Below, in pieces: positions 25,381 to 39,400 of a stretch of DNA of 64,000 nucleotides (the stretch's first letter is position 1; every line of letters begins with the position of its first letter). Source of the stretch: Callorhinchus milii (taxonomy: Eukaryota). A program made the position numbers and the translations under genes. The notes beneath the pieces were generated by a model, which ran no database searches, was not told the origin of the DNA, and saw only the letters and a program-made list of their open reading frames with translations. The stretch is taken from contig NW_024704743.1 of NCBI RefSeq assembly GCF_018977255.1, positions 34,908,001-34,972,000 on the forward strand. The letters run 5' to 3'.

Positions 25381-28109
25381 GCCATCCTTAGGATGAGATG
25401 TTAAACAAAGGTCCTGTCTGCCTGTTCAGGTGGATGTTAAAGATCAAATGGCACTATTGAAAAAGAGAACAGAGTTTCTCCCAGTGTCTTGGCCAACAAT
25501 TTTCCCAATAAAACTGATCCTTCACTCTATGGTTGTTTGTCGGACATTGCATTCACCTAGAAATACAGTCACTGCACTGTACTTTCCAGCATCTTGAGAC
25601 GTCCCTCCGACATGAAAGACACCATATAAATGTAATTTTTGTTGTTGTTGCATAGAATATATTCAGGGAAGCACTTTAAGAAATCCTCCTGACAACAAAA
25701 GCACTAGATCAAATTTAATTATTATAATATCCTACAAAACACACATTACAAGAGCATCCCCAATAAAGTTAGTTACCTCATGAGGTATGTCAATGAGCCA
25801 TAAAGAACAAGAAGATCAAAAGTGCAACTTGACCTGGGATACATTTTCTGAACCAACTTGGCAGTGGGAGAAAAATAAATGGCCTCAATGTCACCTTGTG
25901 AGAAGGGATAGAATGGGGTGCCTGGATTCCCACTCATTACAAATATGCAGAGATCCCAACTGGAAAATATTTTTGTGAAGGTTGAAGGACGGTTGAACTA
26001 AGCTTTACTGATCGGCCCACTATCTTTCACTGTGGTCTAATTTATGCTAACTACTAAAAGTAGCAACCCAATTTTCTGGCTAATTAATGGTAGGCCCCAC
26101 TAATTAATCTTAAGATACTTTTAGTGATCAGTGTAATTGGCCTCAGTGATGCATTTCACACATAAGAAAAAGTTGCTTTAATTAGATATAAGAGAGCCAC
26201 CAACATTACCTTCATTGACTAAATAACGATAATAGTCCTTACACTTGGTAGAGAACCTTTAACATTGGGAAGCCGTCTCAAAGTGCTTCACAGGATATAA
26301 AGTGGAATGACTATTTTTTGGTTAAAATCTGAAGCTAATTTGTGCTACAGCAATGTCTCACAAACAGCCATGAATTGAATGACCATTCATAGAAGGCCAT
26401 TTAGCTCATCCCTGCTTCCAATGACTGGTCTACCACTTCAAGTCCTACTGATGAGCCAGACTCCAAGTCCTACTGATGAGCCAGGCTGGCTCGTCTGTCA
26501 TCAGCAGCGCCCACTTAGCTCAAGAACTGGATTATCAAGTCCGCCACAGTGGGTTGACTTCATTGTATTGCTATGCATGTCATATTGGAGCCAAACCCAC
26601 TTACCTCCCACCCCCCCACATTGCAATGAAATGTTGTTAAATGCCTTTTTAAAAAGTGTAGCTTTTTCCCAGAAAAAAACAAGACAGAAGTATAACAATG
26701 GTTAGCATTTATGTCATATCAACTGTTAACACACACTTGTGGGGTATCAGTAGAATTAGTACTTTATTATTAGTGGACAGCCATAAATCGCTCACAAGTA
26801 CGGGTGCTAAATAATTTCTCTGTTCTCATCTGTGTTCCAAGTAGTTGCTTGGGCAATGGCATCATGCCAGGAAACAGTTTTATTTGGCAGGCTAAACCAG
26901 ATGAGGGTAACCAGTAACAGCTGCCAGGACTGAGGGCCCCAAAGTGCTCAAATAATGCGGTGATGGATTAAGCAGAAGAGACAAGCTTGTACTGTTTGAT
27001 GGTAAAAGGTTGTACTGCAACAGTGTAAATGTTATCACCAACACAGGTGTAGGAAAGGATGCCTTGAATTATTGCCACTTCATTTTACACAAGATCAGTT
27101 TGGATGAAAACGACCCTTTGGCCCATCCAATCTCATCTTTCCAGAACTCTCACCCTACCATCCCCCCCATCATAGCATCAAGTTACTTTTTAAATGAGTC
27201 AGGTGCCCTGGTCTCAACCACACTCCTGACAATCTGTTCCAGTTGTTAATTACCCTCTGAATAAAGAAAAACTTTCTGGTATCTGTCCTGAAATTGCCCT
27301 TTATAACTCTAAATCTGTGTCCTCTTGTTCTAACTGTCAAGATACATTCCAAGGTATTGGGGTTTACTTTTTCAATCCTATTTAAAATTTTGTACACCTG
27401 CATAAGGTCTTTTCTGAGTCATCATCTCTGCTGAAGACCTTTCTTTTCGACTGCGCCTTTGGTCACCTTCCCCCCCTCCCCCGGCTCGGTCCCGGGATCC
27501 GAAACTGTAAAGCGCTCTGAGACACTGTCCGGCGCGGAGGGCGCTATATAAATCCAAGTTGTTATTGTTGTTATCATCTCTCAAGACTGAAGAGCCCTAG
27601 CTTCTCGAATTGTTGCTCATAGCTTATTCCTCTACCTCTTTGCTCTGCCTCTAGGACTATAAGCAGTCCTCAGATACATTCTGAGCTGAGCAATGTTTTG
27701 CCCTGTTGGAAATGAACCCAGGTCTCTCGCTTGTGAGGCGGGTGCTCTAACCACTGAACTACAGGACTCTTGTACTTACAAAGGAGATCGCTTGAAAAAT
27801 AAAAATAAAAAAAAAAAGACCTTTGTCACTGTAATCCTCTGATATCAACCAGAGGAGCTCAGATTGGAGCACCAATACCTGCAGGATGAACAACAAGAAA
27901 AACTGCTGAGTAACTGGTGGCATTGGATGTGTATTGTGGACTTGTATGCAGGCAGTTTAAGATGTTGATAGTGTAATGGAACAGAAGTGGCAACGGAGTT
28001 TGATAAAGCTTTCCATAGAAAAAGTTTCCCCACCCCCTTACAAATACCGTCTCTGACATTCTCTTCGTCTGTCTGGCTTACCCACAGCAATCCTGATGCA
28101 GACATCAAT

Positions 28110-29632
28110 CTTCAATAATAGTCTCTCCTCCATTTTCAATTCCCTTCGCCCCCTGAAATCCAGGACCATCTCCAAACCCACCCGCTTCCCCAGTATAGCA
28201 GCCACCTACATTCAAACCCTGATTGTTGACACAAAACCAGCCTCACGGTTCACTGTCAGATGTGGCTTGAGCATCTTTTAACCTACTGCCTCTCCCTCAC
28301 ACAGGCCCAAACTGCATTCTACTCTCAGGTCATCCTGGAGGCCAAAAATGATCCCAAGATCTTTCTCCACTATTCATCACCTCCTCTGTGTGCCCCTCAA
28401 GCATCCTCAACCCTCACCTCAAATACCAAGGGTGACGAGGTCCTGGACTTCATTGTCAAAGATAGGCAACATTGGCCTGACTCACCTTTTCTGATACAGC
28501 TCCCACCACTGCCCTCATCCTACACTCCTTTGATCCAATTTCTCCCTCCTCCCTCTCAACCATCATCACTCCACCACCTGCTGCCTCAAATCTCTCCTCA
28601 TCCAGCTGCTGGTTACCTAACTCTCCCTCCTCTGCCAGCTGTTGGTAGGCACAGTTCACCTGATCCTCTCCTCAAAGAACTGTTCAACTCCCCCTCAAAA
28701 CTGATGTCAATCACTCTCCTGCTCAAAAAACTCACGTCTAACTTTGCAAGCTACCAATCATTTCAAACTTGCCCTTAATTTCTAAATTCCTGGACCGTGA
28801 TGTTGCCCAAAACTTTGCTCACACCTCTTCCTCGACTTCCTTCTGAAGCCCTGCCCACCGCACCAAGGCAGTACTCATCAAAGTCACAAATTACATCCTC
28901 TCTATTTCTTTGACCAGGGCTCCCTCTGCCTCCTTGACCTACTGGACCTCTCTGCTGCCTTCGACACAGTCGATCATGCCATCCTCCTTGATTGCCTCTC
29001 CTCGGTTTGAGTCCTTCCTAACCAACCACTTTGTCTCCCCAAACGGTCCCCCAGTCCGCTCAGTCATTACATTGCTCGCAGACGAAACCTTTATCCATGC
29101 ATTCATCATCTCCCACCTCAATTATTCCAATGATCTCCTCGCCAGTCCCCCCAGCTCCACCATTGATAAAATCCAATTAATTCAAAACTCGGCCACTTGT
29201 GTTCACACTCACACCAAACTCTATACCCCCATCACACGAGTGATTACCAGGTTCCACTGGCTCCATATTACAGAACAGATCAATTTCAGGATCTTCACAC
29301 TTGTGTACAAATCACTGAATGTCCTGGCACTTTTCTACCTTTCTGACCTGCTTAGACCCCACTCCACTAACCACCTCCTGCATGTCCCTCGACCCCTGTG
29401 CTCCACCATCAGCAGCCGTGCTTACAGCCACTACATCCCAAAGCTATGCAACTCCATGCCTCAATCCCTCCGTCTTGGCTTGTCCTTCCCTGTTTTAAAT
29501 CACACCTGAAGACTTTCCTCTTCAATCGAGCACAGAGTCACTTCACCCTTCTGCCCGGCTCGGCATCAAGTTCTGCTAACTGTTAAGTGCTGATACCCTA
29601 CCCCGTGTGAAGGCCGCTTTATAAATGCAAGT
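28110..29632 (+). mobile_element. Old, internally deleted L2 LINE
   Basis: [33 protein letters not shown]...INFRI, LKTFLF. Confidence 0.82.
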
Positions 29633-29644
29633 ACTATTTAGGAT

Positions 29645-30340
29645 TATACAACAACAACATTACATTTGTATAGCACCTTTCACGTCGGGAGGATGTCCCA
29701 AGGCGCTGGAATTGTACAGCTTTTCAGACCCGAGCTGGGGTCAGAGGGGAGAGAGGAGAGGGGAAGGGGGTTGACCAATGGCATGGTCGAAGAAGAGGGT
29801 TTTGAGGCGGGACTTGAAGGAGGCTAAGGAGGGGGCGAGGCAGAGTGATTAGGGGATGGAGTTCAAGAGGTTGGGGGCAGAGTGGCTGAAGGCTCTCCCG
29901 TCAATGGTGGGGTGGGTGAGTCGGAGGACGTGGAGTAGGCCGGAGCCGGCTGAGTGGAGGGAGCAGGCGGGTTGGTAGAGGGTTAGGAGGTCACAGAGAT
30001 AGGGTTGGGCGAGACCATTGAGGGTTTTGTAGGTGAGGACCAGGATTTTAAACTGGATCCTCTGAAGGATAGGGAGCCAATGGAGTTGGGCGAGAATGGG
30101 AGAGATGGGGTCACGATGTTTGGTGCGGGAGAGGACACGGGCTGCAGAGTTCTGGATTATCTGCAGCCTGTGGAGGGAGGAGTTGGGAAGGCGGACAAGC
30201 AGGGCATTTCCATAGTCGAGCCTGGAGGTGATGAAAGCATAAACAAGTTTCAGCGGCCTGAGGGGTGAGTTAGTGGCAGAGTCGGGCGATGTTATGGAGG
30301 TGAGGGAAGGTAGAGCGAGTCATGGCTTGGATGTGGGGTA
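29645..30340 (-). mobile_element. L2 LINE 3' fragment
   Basis: (CAA)n tail then reverse-complement L2 3' ORF; very similar to ~42315-42840 and ~61020-61510. Confidence 0.9.
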
Positions 30341-30984
30341 TTATATTACTCGCCCTACATAGCAGGGGCATCAGAAAAGTTTCTTTTTTTACTATATCCT
30401 ACCCAGTTTTTCAATAACTAGTCTTTATGCAATTTTGAAGTACAAATTGAGATGTAAATACATTAGTATTTTGTCAAGGGATGCGAATAAATATAATAGA
30501 CAAAGTAGTGCTTTGAAAATCAGTGTTGGAGCTTCTATTTACTGTTTATACATAAGTGCAGACTGGTATCACTTAATGTAGAGCACTTCTCAATGTTCAC
30601 ACGTTCTGACAAGAGTAAATTGTGGGTGGTGGATCATCTCTTTTTCATAGCTAAAAATTCTTGGAAGTAATGTAACTCATGAATAGAGTAAAATAAGCAT
30701 TACCCAGAATGCAGACAACTCTTGTTGCATGAGCATTAAATATTAATGCCCTCAATAAAACTAAAGGAACAAGATTGCTTTTCATAAGATAAGCTTTATT
30801 TTGGGGGAATTGTCAAAGAAACTGGAGATAGCATGGAGTGGGTGAATTTTGTGCTCCATCAAAGTGATTGATATCATTGCTGGGAATTACATTTTCTATT
30901 TACTATTTTCTATTGCATAGGACCAGAATTTGGTCATATAGCGTTTTCTCTTTGAGACCTCATAGTGTACTGGAGATTAACAAA

Positions 30985-31325
30985 GTTGAGGAGATTTAAT
31001 AGAGGTGTTGAAAATTATGAGGGGTTTTGATAGAGTTGATAGGGAGAAACTGTTTCCTCTGGTGTGTGGGTCGGTTACCAGAGGACACAGAGTTAAGATA
31101 ATTGGCAAAAGAATCAGAGGGAAGATGAGGAGAATTTATTTTACCCAGAGAGTGGTTACGGTCTGGAATGCACTGCCTGAAAGGGTTGTGGAAGCAGATT
31201 CGATAATAGTTTTCAAAAGGGAAGTGGATAGAAACTTAAAAAGTTAGTGGGACTAGTTGGTAGCTCTTTCAAAGAGCCAGCACAGGGATGAAGGACCTTC
31301 TTCATGCCCAAGATTCTATGATTGT
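30985..31325 (+). mobile_element. CR1 LINE 3' end
   Basis: KIMRGFDRVDREKLFP...TRGH...FTQRVVTVWNALP...FKREVD. Confidence 0.9.
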
Positions 31326-31344
31326 ATGAAAAGTCTTATGACAG

Positions 31345-31755
31345 ATTGTGTATGTCAACCTGGTCCAGTGGTAGCTCTCTTGCACGAGTCAGAAGGTTGT
31401 GGGTCCATGTCTGGACATCAACTCACACGGTCTAAACTGACACTCCAATGCAATGCTGGGGCTAAGTTGCATTCTTGGAGGTGCCATCCTTCGGATGAGA
31501 CATTAAACTGGGGTCCTATCTACTTGGCTGGATGGACGTTAGAGTTTTGAAAATAATTTCTCCCGGTGTCCTGGCCAACAATCCCCAAAATAAAAATTGG
31601 TCATTCATTTTATGTTTGTGGCTGCATTTGTCCGCGAATAAACAATCACTGTGAAGTAATAAATTACTTCACAGTAATTCTTGTGAAGTGCTTTGGGACA
31701 GCTTCCCGACATGAAAGGGTTTCACCAAATGCAATAATTAATTATTAGTATTATT
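31345..31755 (+). mobile_element. Older Deu-type SINE
   Basis: CTTCGGATGAGACATTAAAC...GGACGTTA...TCTCCCGGTGTCCTGGCCAACA core plus L2-like tail; related pieces at ~25385-25650 (+), ~40255-40460 (-), ~41950-42150 (+), ~23050-23230 (+), ~34965-35095 (-), ~6845-7020 (-) and ~7210-7325 (-). Confidence 0.75.
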
Positions 31756-32212
31756 ATATCACTTTGTTTTGCTTTTTTACAGTTATTGAGGTGGCAGCTA
31801 TAAAGTGTTTACAGCCCAAAGTCCAACAAGCTTAACTGAGCCTACCATTCCTATTTTTGAAAAAAACTCAGAAATCACTTTTGAAGTACTGTGAAAATCA
31901 ATGTAATAGAGATAACAAATCCCCTCAAACAGATGTGTACAACAAAGATTTGGTGTTAATTTACTTGCTAATTTGTTGCAGGAACTCATTGCCTTATAAG
32001 GAGAGAACACACTTAAACACATACTACATTTTAAACAAATGTAAACATTTGGAACCTTGATTCTTGCTCCTATGGGGTGGGGTGGTGTGGGGGAGGTTGT
32101 TCAGTTAAGATAGGGTTATGACAAGTAGATATCATGGAGGAGGAAGCTTCCTATACAGTGCAGGTTTAGCTTGTTAAGCTCCAGCAGTACACACTGGGGA
32201 CCCAATTCCTGG

Positions 32213-32938
32213 CTCTTGTCAACCTGCCTCCATTGGCTCCCCATCCCCCAGAGGATCGAATTCAAGATCCTCATCCTCACCTCAATACTAATAATTAATT
32301 ATTGCATTTGGTGAAACCCTTTCATGTCGGGAAGCTGTCCCAAAGCACTTCACAGGAATCACTGTGAAGTGGTGTGACTGTTTATTTGCGGACAAATGCA
32401 GCCACAAACATGAAATGAATGACCAAATTTTATTTTGGGGATTGTTGGCCAGGACACCGGGAGAACGTATTTTCAAAACTCTAACGTCCACCTGAACAGG
32501 TAGATAGGACCTCAGTTTAATGTCTCCAAGAATGCCTTACCCACAGCATTGCATTGGAGTGTCATTCACGGCCTTGCTCCGTCCTACCTCTCCGACCTAC
32601 TATCCCCCTACTTACCTGCCCGTACTCCCCGTTCCTCTGGCTCCGGTCTGCTCCACATCCCCCGCCCTACCATCGGTGGGCCTTTCAGCCTCTCAGTCCC
32701 TAGGCTCTGGAACTCCATCCCCCAGTGCCTTCGCCTTGCTTCCTCCCTTTCCTCTTTCAAGGGCGGTCTCAAGACCGTGCCTTCAGCTCCCCTCTCGACT
32801 CTCTACCCCCTCCTCGCTCCCTCCCTTCCCTCTGACCATTTCCCCCCTGCTCGGGTCCCGACCCAACTGTCCAACGCCGTGGGACGTCCTCCCGACGTGA
32901 AAGGCGCTCTATAAATGCAATCTTGTTGTTGTTGTTGT
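32213..32938 (+). mobile_element. L2 3' fragment interrupted by an inverted SINE copy (32284-32562)
   Basis: L2 runs ...GAATTCAAGATCCTCATCCTCACCT, breaks, and resumes at CATTCACGGCCTTGCTCC; ends in the (TTG)n tail. Confidence 0.88.
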
Positions 32939-34158
32939 AATACTCTCTGATTTTAGGTAAGCAGGCTGCGTCTTACCAGGGAGAAAATGCACATTCCATT
33001 ACAGACATGGGGATTTCCATGAGTAGGTGTCATACATATTTGGAACTCTCAGTCCCTGTTTGCATACTCTTAAGCATGGTAATGCGTTTTTCCATGTGTC
33101 AGACACTGGGCTGACCAATTATTTTAAAACGCAGTCTGTTCTTCCAATTACAATTAATTGTCCTTTTACCTGCGCTTCAAACAAATGAGCTAATGGCAAA
33201 CTTACGCTTATTGCAGTATAACGTTTCAAATGCCACTTAAAACTTGAAAAGTAACTTAGGTTAACCATAAACGGTAAAACAGCGTCTATTCAGATGCTCC
33301 CAAATGGTGGACTGTGCTCCAGAAATCACAAAGTTATTTGATGAACACCATATGGAGCTAAGCATTTACAAAGCATGAAAAAAACGGGTATGTCACGCTA
33401 GCAAGAAGAGTAGACTTACAGGTGCACAATTTATTTTAGAGCAGGAGAAAGCCACACATCGTTAACTGCACCATTCGATGTGCTGGATTTCATCAGTATC
33501 AAGATGTACGTTGAATTCTGTTTTGGTCTGGTGTTTGACAGATCAAACCCCTACCTCTTGAGCAATGGCTCCACTAGTTGGAAGTACAGAGGTAGGTATC
33601 AAGCCCTTGATGTACGAGCATGTGTTCATATAATACCTCCAGAGGCTGTCATCCCAAGCCTCAGACTTGTCAAATACCATGAACTATTTGACAAGTCATG
33701 TGCCTTCGGTATGGTCAAAGGACCTATACAAGACAACTTGTGTTGTGCTAGCCACTTTGATGTTCTAGAGGTCCAACACCAGGCTTACTCAACAAGTATT
33801 AAGCACTCAACTGCTTAATCTGGATCTTCTTGTGAGGAGCCTTGGCAAAGAGATGCTCTCTCTGTGAAGCTGACTCAATTTCCAGGGTGTGAAGCTACAG
33901 GTCAGTGTGGTAGGAGGTCTCCCTTCCAGCAGCAACTGTCCTTTTAACACAAATCCACCTCGCTGCTCGGTTCTGGACTTGGCAAATGAGGTGAAGGAAT
34001 CTCTTCTGTTGCACGCCCAAGAGCTTAAAACTTTGAAAATGAATCCTTCACTCAAACTGAAGAATAATATTATATTCATTTGTATCCTAATAACAGAATT
34101 CATGCAAATACAATAGCTACTATATTGAGTCCCAATTGTTTAAATACTGCATATAGAA

Positions 34159-34497
34159 AGTCCGAAAACAGGACTTTGGAGTCCTGTAGCTCAGTGGTTA
34201 GAGCACTCGCTTTGCAAGTGAGAGACCCGGGTTCAATTCCAGGCAGAGGGCGAAACCTTGGGCAAGTTTCCTTACTCCACACGCCTAATAATAATCCCTC
34301 CAAAACCAAAAATAATAATAAATTGGTCATTTTCAATCTACTACTGTTTGTGGGACACTGCTGTGCGCAATTGGCTGCCGCGTTCGCCCACAAATATACA
34401 GTCAATTCACTTTACAGTGTATTCAGTGAAGCGCTTTGGGACGTCCTCCCGACGTGAAAAGCACTATATCAAATGCAAGGATTATTATTATTATTAT
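34159..34497 (+). mobile_element. Young tRNA-derived SINE (same family)
   Basis: Full-length copy with A/B boxes, core and (ATT)n tail. Confidence 0.93.
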
Positions 34498-35654
34498 AAC
34501 AGTGTATATTTATTTTGTGTTAATACCATATTACATACTGGAACATATACTAATCTCATCTCACTCTTGTACAGTAGTGAAAATGCAATAAAATAAACCC
34601 AGTTTGCTAACATCTATAGTCTATAGTCACTGTAGTTTGCACAGTGATCTTGCAAAGTGTTGGATGTGTTACAAGTCCTGAACTCGCATTAAAATCAGGT
34701 ATTTTTAACAACAACAAGATTACATTTGTATAGCACTTTCACGTTGGGAGGACGTCCCAAGGCACTGGTATTTTTAACAGCATTCTATATATCTAATAAT
34801 TATGCATGAAATATCATGAATAAAATAAGGCAGGAGTTTGGCATTCTTTAACATGTCATGTGTGAGGATCCATTTTTGTTTTATACTACAGAAGACAATT
34901 GAACTACAAAAAATGTCCAGATTGAAGCAAAAGCCATACATTCGCTGTTGAGAACTTATAATAATAATAATCCTTGCTTTTGACAGAGCGCCATCACATG
35001 ATATACTGTAAAGTGGTGCAACTGTGTGTATTTTGTGGGAAACCCAACCGCCAATTTGCGGACAGCAATGTCTCACAAACAGCCATGAAATCAGTAGCCG
35101 ATTTTATATGGGGGGGGGGGGGGGGGGGCTGTTGGCCAAGACATAGAAACAGGAGTAGGCCATTCAGCCCTTCGAGCCTGTTCTGCCATTCTATTAGATC
35201 AATTACCTGCCCTTGCCCTGTATCCCTTAATAACCTGACCCAACAAATATCTATCCACCTCAGTCTTGAAGATGTGAATGGATCCAGCATTCACAGCCTT
35301 TTGGGGGAAGAGAGTTCCAGATTTCCACAACTGTCTACTAATTTCACTTCTAAATGGCCTAGTTCTAATTTTAGGATATGTTCCTTGTTCTGGATTCCCC
35401 TACCAGAGGAAATAGTTTCTCTTTATCTACCCTTTCGAATCCCTTTATTATTTTAAAAACCTCGATCAGCTCTCAACCTTCTCGCAGATGTAAGCGGGCG
35501 AGTGGCCACGGGAATTGTTGGAGAAGTGGAGTGAGAAGAGGAACGGAGGTATAGGGACCGGGAGCAGTTTTGACGAGAGGTAACTACGAGTGGTGGCGAG
35601 GTAAACCCAGCTGTTCCGGCGAGGTCAGTGCAGGAGCGGGTCAGTGCAAGAAGT

Positions 35655-36075
35655 GAGTTCACGATCCTTGTCCTCACCTTTAAGGCCATCCATGGCCTTG
35701 CCCTCTCCTACCTTTATGACCTGCTGACTTCCTACCAACTTGCCCGCTCCCTCCGTTCATCGGGTCCGGCCTGCTCCATGTCTCCCGCCCGACCCGCCAT
35801 ACCATCAGTGGCTGAGCTTTCAGCCTCTCTGCTCCCACAATCTGGAACTCCATCCCACGGTCCCTTCGCCTCGTTTCCTCCCTTGCTTCCTTCAAGGCCG
35901 GTCTCAAAACCCTTCTCTTCAACCGTGCCTTTGGTCTCCCTCTCACCTCTCTGCCTTCCCTCACCCCTACACCACCCCTTCCCTATTCTTGGGCCTCGAC
36001 ACCTGACTGTTCAGCGCTTTGGGACGTCCTCCTGACATTAAAGGTGCTCTATAAATGTAATTTTGTTGTTGTTGT
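35655..36075 (+). mobile_element. L2 LINE 3' fragment
   Basis: EFTILVLTFKAIHGLALSYL and (TTG)n tail. Confidence 0.88.
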
Positions 36076-36419
36076 GAGTGGCAGCAACGAGTCCAGCAGG
36101 AGCCAGGAAATAGCGGCAGAGTAGGCGTCCTGGGGATCGGGACCGGTAGCTAATGGCAAGGCTGAGGTCTCGGGACCAGCAGGAAATGGCAGGGCAGGGC
36201 CGAAGTCTCGGGACTGGCAGATAGCAGTAAACAGGGCCAGGGATCGAGAGGGAGTAGTGGCCATTACTGGGCTCAGCCAAAGAATCACCATTTCAAAATC
36301 TCCTGCTCAAACCAATGGCTGAAACTCCCCGCGTGATGTCACTTCTGCCGCCAGGTTTGAACCACTGAAACCAGGTGCAGTATAGTATCCTTTGTCGATA
36401 GTGTCAGTCTCCTTCCCCT

Positions 36420-39400
36420 CCTCTGTCTGTCCCCTGCAGGCTGCTTGGTGTTATTTCCCAGGTTGGGCAACCTAGCCAACAACACAATGAGTGCCCTGTC
36501 CCCTTTCCCCCCTCTGTGCTGCCTCTAGCCCCCACATCCTCCATGTCTGTAGGCTGACTGTGCCTTGCTAACTGCTTGCCTCAAGTCTCAAGAGTGTGCA
36601 TCTTGGCTACCTCCCTTGACCCAACCTGTCTTTCCCCCAAAATACCCCCATCCCTGCAACACTCCTACTCTGTCCTCCTCGCCTCCTATCCTCACTTGAC
36701 TGTCCCACAGCCTCCTTCTGCTCCAGGCTGGGAATCCTCCGCCGGGCTCACAATGGCACTCCGTGTTGGCTATCCAGCAGCAGCCACACTGACTGCCCCA
36801 TTAACCGCTATCACTGCAAGCCCTGCTGGACCCAGACCCCAGGGGCCAACCTCTCCTCCCTCATTTTCATTCCCACCCTCCATCATCCCCTCCCGTCTCA
36901 CGCATTCCTCTGGCAACTGTCCCCTCCGCACCGGCCTCCAAAATGTCCTCTCCCTCAGCAACAAGGCTCTGACCATCAATGACGTCATCCTTAATGAAAA
37001 TATCAACATCATGGCCCTCACTGAAACCTAGATCACCCTAGCCGACACCTTCCTCCTTACTGAGGCCTCACCACCCAGCTAAACCTCCCACCATACCCAA
37101 CCGCCGTGGCAGTGGGGTGGCCCTCATCTCCAGGACCTCACTTGCTCTATCCCCTTATCCTCTGGCTCATTCCCTTCATTCGAGTACCTTACACTCTACC
37201 ATCCCTACAATCTTTCCCTCAAAATTCTTATATACCACCCTGCCCAAAACCTCCTCCACCTTCAACTCTGACGTCTCCACCCTCCTTAGATTCCCTCTGC
37301 TCCTGTTCTGAACGGCTTCTCATTCTCGACAACTTCAACCTTTACTTCACCCCCTCCTGCTCTATCTTTTCGGTCTTCTCTTCTCCTCTCACAACCTCTC
37401 TCTCCATATCCACTCTGCCACCAATGTTCATGGCCACCCACTCGACCTGATGATCATCCTCTATGTCTCCGATATCACCATCACAGACAAGGCCATCTCC
37501 GATCATCATTTCATCTCCTTTAACTCCTCAATCCCTCTCCCTTACCACCACCATACATCCCCTACCGCTCCTGGAAAAAATCTCCCCCCAATCCCTCTCC
37601 ACTGCCCTGGAATCATCTGAACTCCTCCCCTTCTGACCTACCTCCTGGACTGATTTATCATCCTCGCTCACTCTCCTCCACAACTCCTTCTCCACCATTC
37701 TTGATGCCCTCGCACCTGGCTCAAATCTGATTTAATGGTCCACAGGCGTATCTGGCTGGATCACATCAAAATGTACCCCTCCACCCTCGCCTCCACCAAA
37801 TCGTCCTTCTACTCCTAGATAATCTTGGAAGCAAACGACTGCCCCAGGCTCCTGTTCTCCGCCACCATCCGGCTCCTCCGCCACCCTCTCACCCCTTTCC
37901 CATTCTCTTCTCAAACTGACTGTGAGGAGATGCTGGATTTCCTCAAATCTAAAATCGAGGGGATCCGATCAGCTGCCTCTGCCCTCCGAACAGCCACTCC
38001 CTCCCCATCTCCCACCCCACACTCCTACTCATCCCTCCCTCAACATATTCATCAACACCGTATCCAGCATAAAACACACAACCTGCTCCCTTGACCCCAT
38101 CCCCACCCCTCTCCTTACCTCCCAGCTCAAACTCCTCGCCGCTTTACTCTCCGATACCATCAATCACTGTCTATCATCTTGCACCGTTCCCATCCCCCTA
38201 AAAACAGCTATGATCGGCCCATTCTGAATAAATCCTGGACCCATCCCTGCTTTCTAACTACCAGACCATCTCCAACCTCCCTTTTCCTTCCAAGGTCCTT
38301 GAAAGCATTGTTGCTTCCCAGCTTCACACCTACCTTTCCTATCACTCCCTTCACAAGCCCCTCCAATCGGATTTCCATGCTGCTCACAGCATGGAAACTG
38401 CTCTGGTCAAGGTGACAAACGACATTTTGTCCATCTGTGACCAGCGCTTCCTCTGCCTCCTCGACTTCTTTACTGCCTTGGATACTGTAGACCACTCCAT
38501 CCTCCTCCACCGCCTCTCCTCTCACCTCAAAATTCAAGATTCTATCCTTGAATAGTTATAATAATAATCAATAATAAGCAGGTCTTATCTTTCACACCAT
38601 CTCCAATTTATCTCCGCCAATGCTTTCTCTTCCAGATCTCGCACAGTCTCGTGCAGTGTTCCTCAGAGCTCAGTCCTCGGTCCCCTCTTCTTAAATCTCT
38701 AGATGCTCCTTCTTGGTGACATCATCCGCAGACATGGGGTCAACTTCCACATGTACATGGATAACACCCGACTCGATCTCTCTGCCTGCACTCTCGATTC
38801 CAGGACAAGTAACATCCTGACAGACTGTCTGTCAGTCAGTCATCAAGTCCTAGATGAGAGCCAACTTTCTACAGGTGAATGTCAGCAAGACCAAGGCCTT
38901 CTTGATTGGCTCGCGCCAGCGCCTCCCATCTCAGACACTGATAGTATGAGCATCCACGGTTGCACATTCCACCTCACCAAGACAATCAGTAACCTGGGCG
39001 TCTTGTTCGAGCCTCAACTGTACTTTCTCCCCCATATCCATGCCTTCCCCCACTTCCGCAACATTGCCCGACTCTGCCACTGCCTCATCCCTCAGGCCGC
39101 CGAAGCCCTCACACACACAGAGCTCACCTCAAGGCTCGACTACGGAAAATCTCTCCTCGTTGGCCTCCCCAACTCTTCCCTTCACAAGCTGCAGATCATC
39201 CAGAACTCTGCAGCTTGTGTCCTCTCCTGCACGACCCCATCACCCCCAGCCTCGCCCGAATCCATTGGCTCCCTATCCCTCAGAGGATAGAATTCAAAAT
39301 CCTTTCAAGGCCCACCACGGCCTTGCCCCCTCCTACCTCTCTATCTGTTAACCCCCTATCAACCTGTCCGCTCCCTCCGTTCAGCAGGCTCCAGCCCACA

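Noticed and set aside
26437..26485. Short direct repeats resembling a CRISPR-like array (also ~14385-14470 and ~52380-52470)
   Set aside because: Only two units each, inside retroelement remnants; ordinary slippage duplications in a vertebrate genome.
34159..34235. tRNA-Ala(TGC)-like gene
   Set aside because: It is the head of a SINE: it continues into the shared core and tail, has an imperfect acceptor stem and recurs at 10700, 21450, 27770 and 45143.
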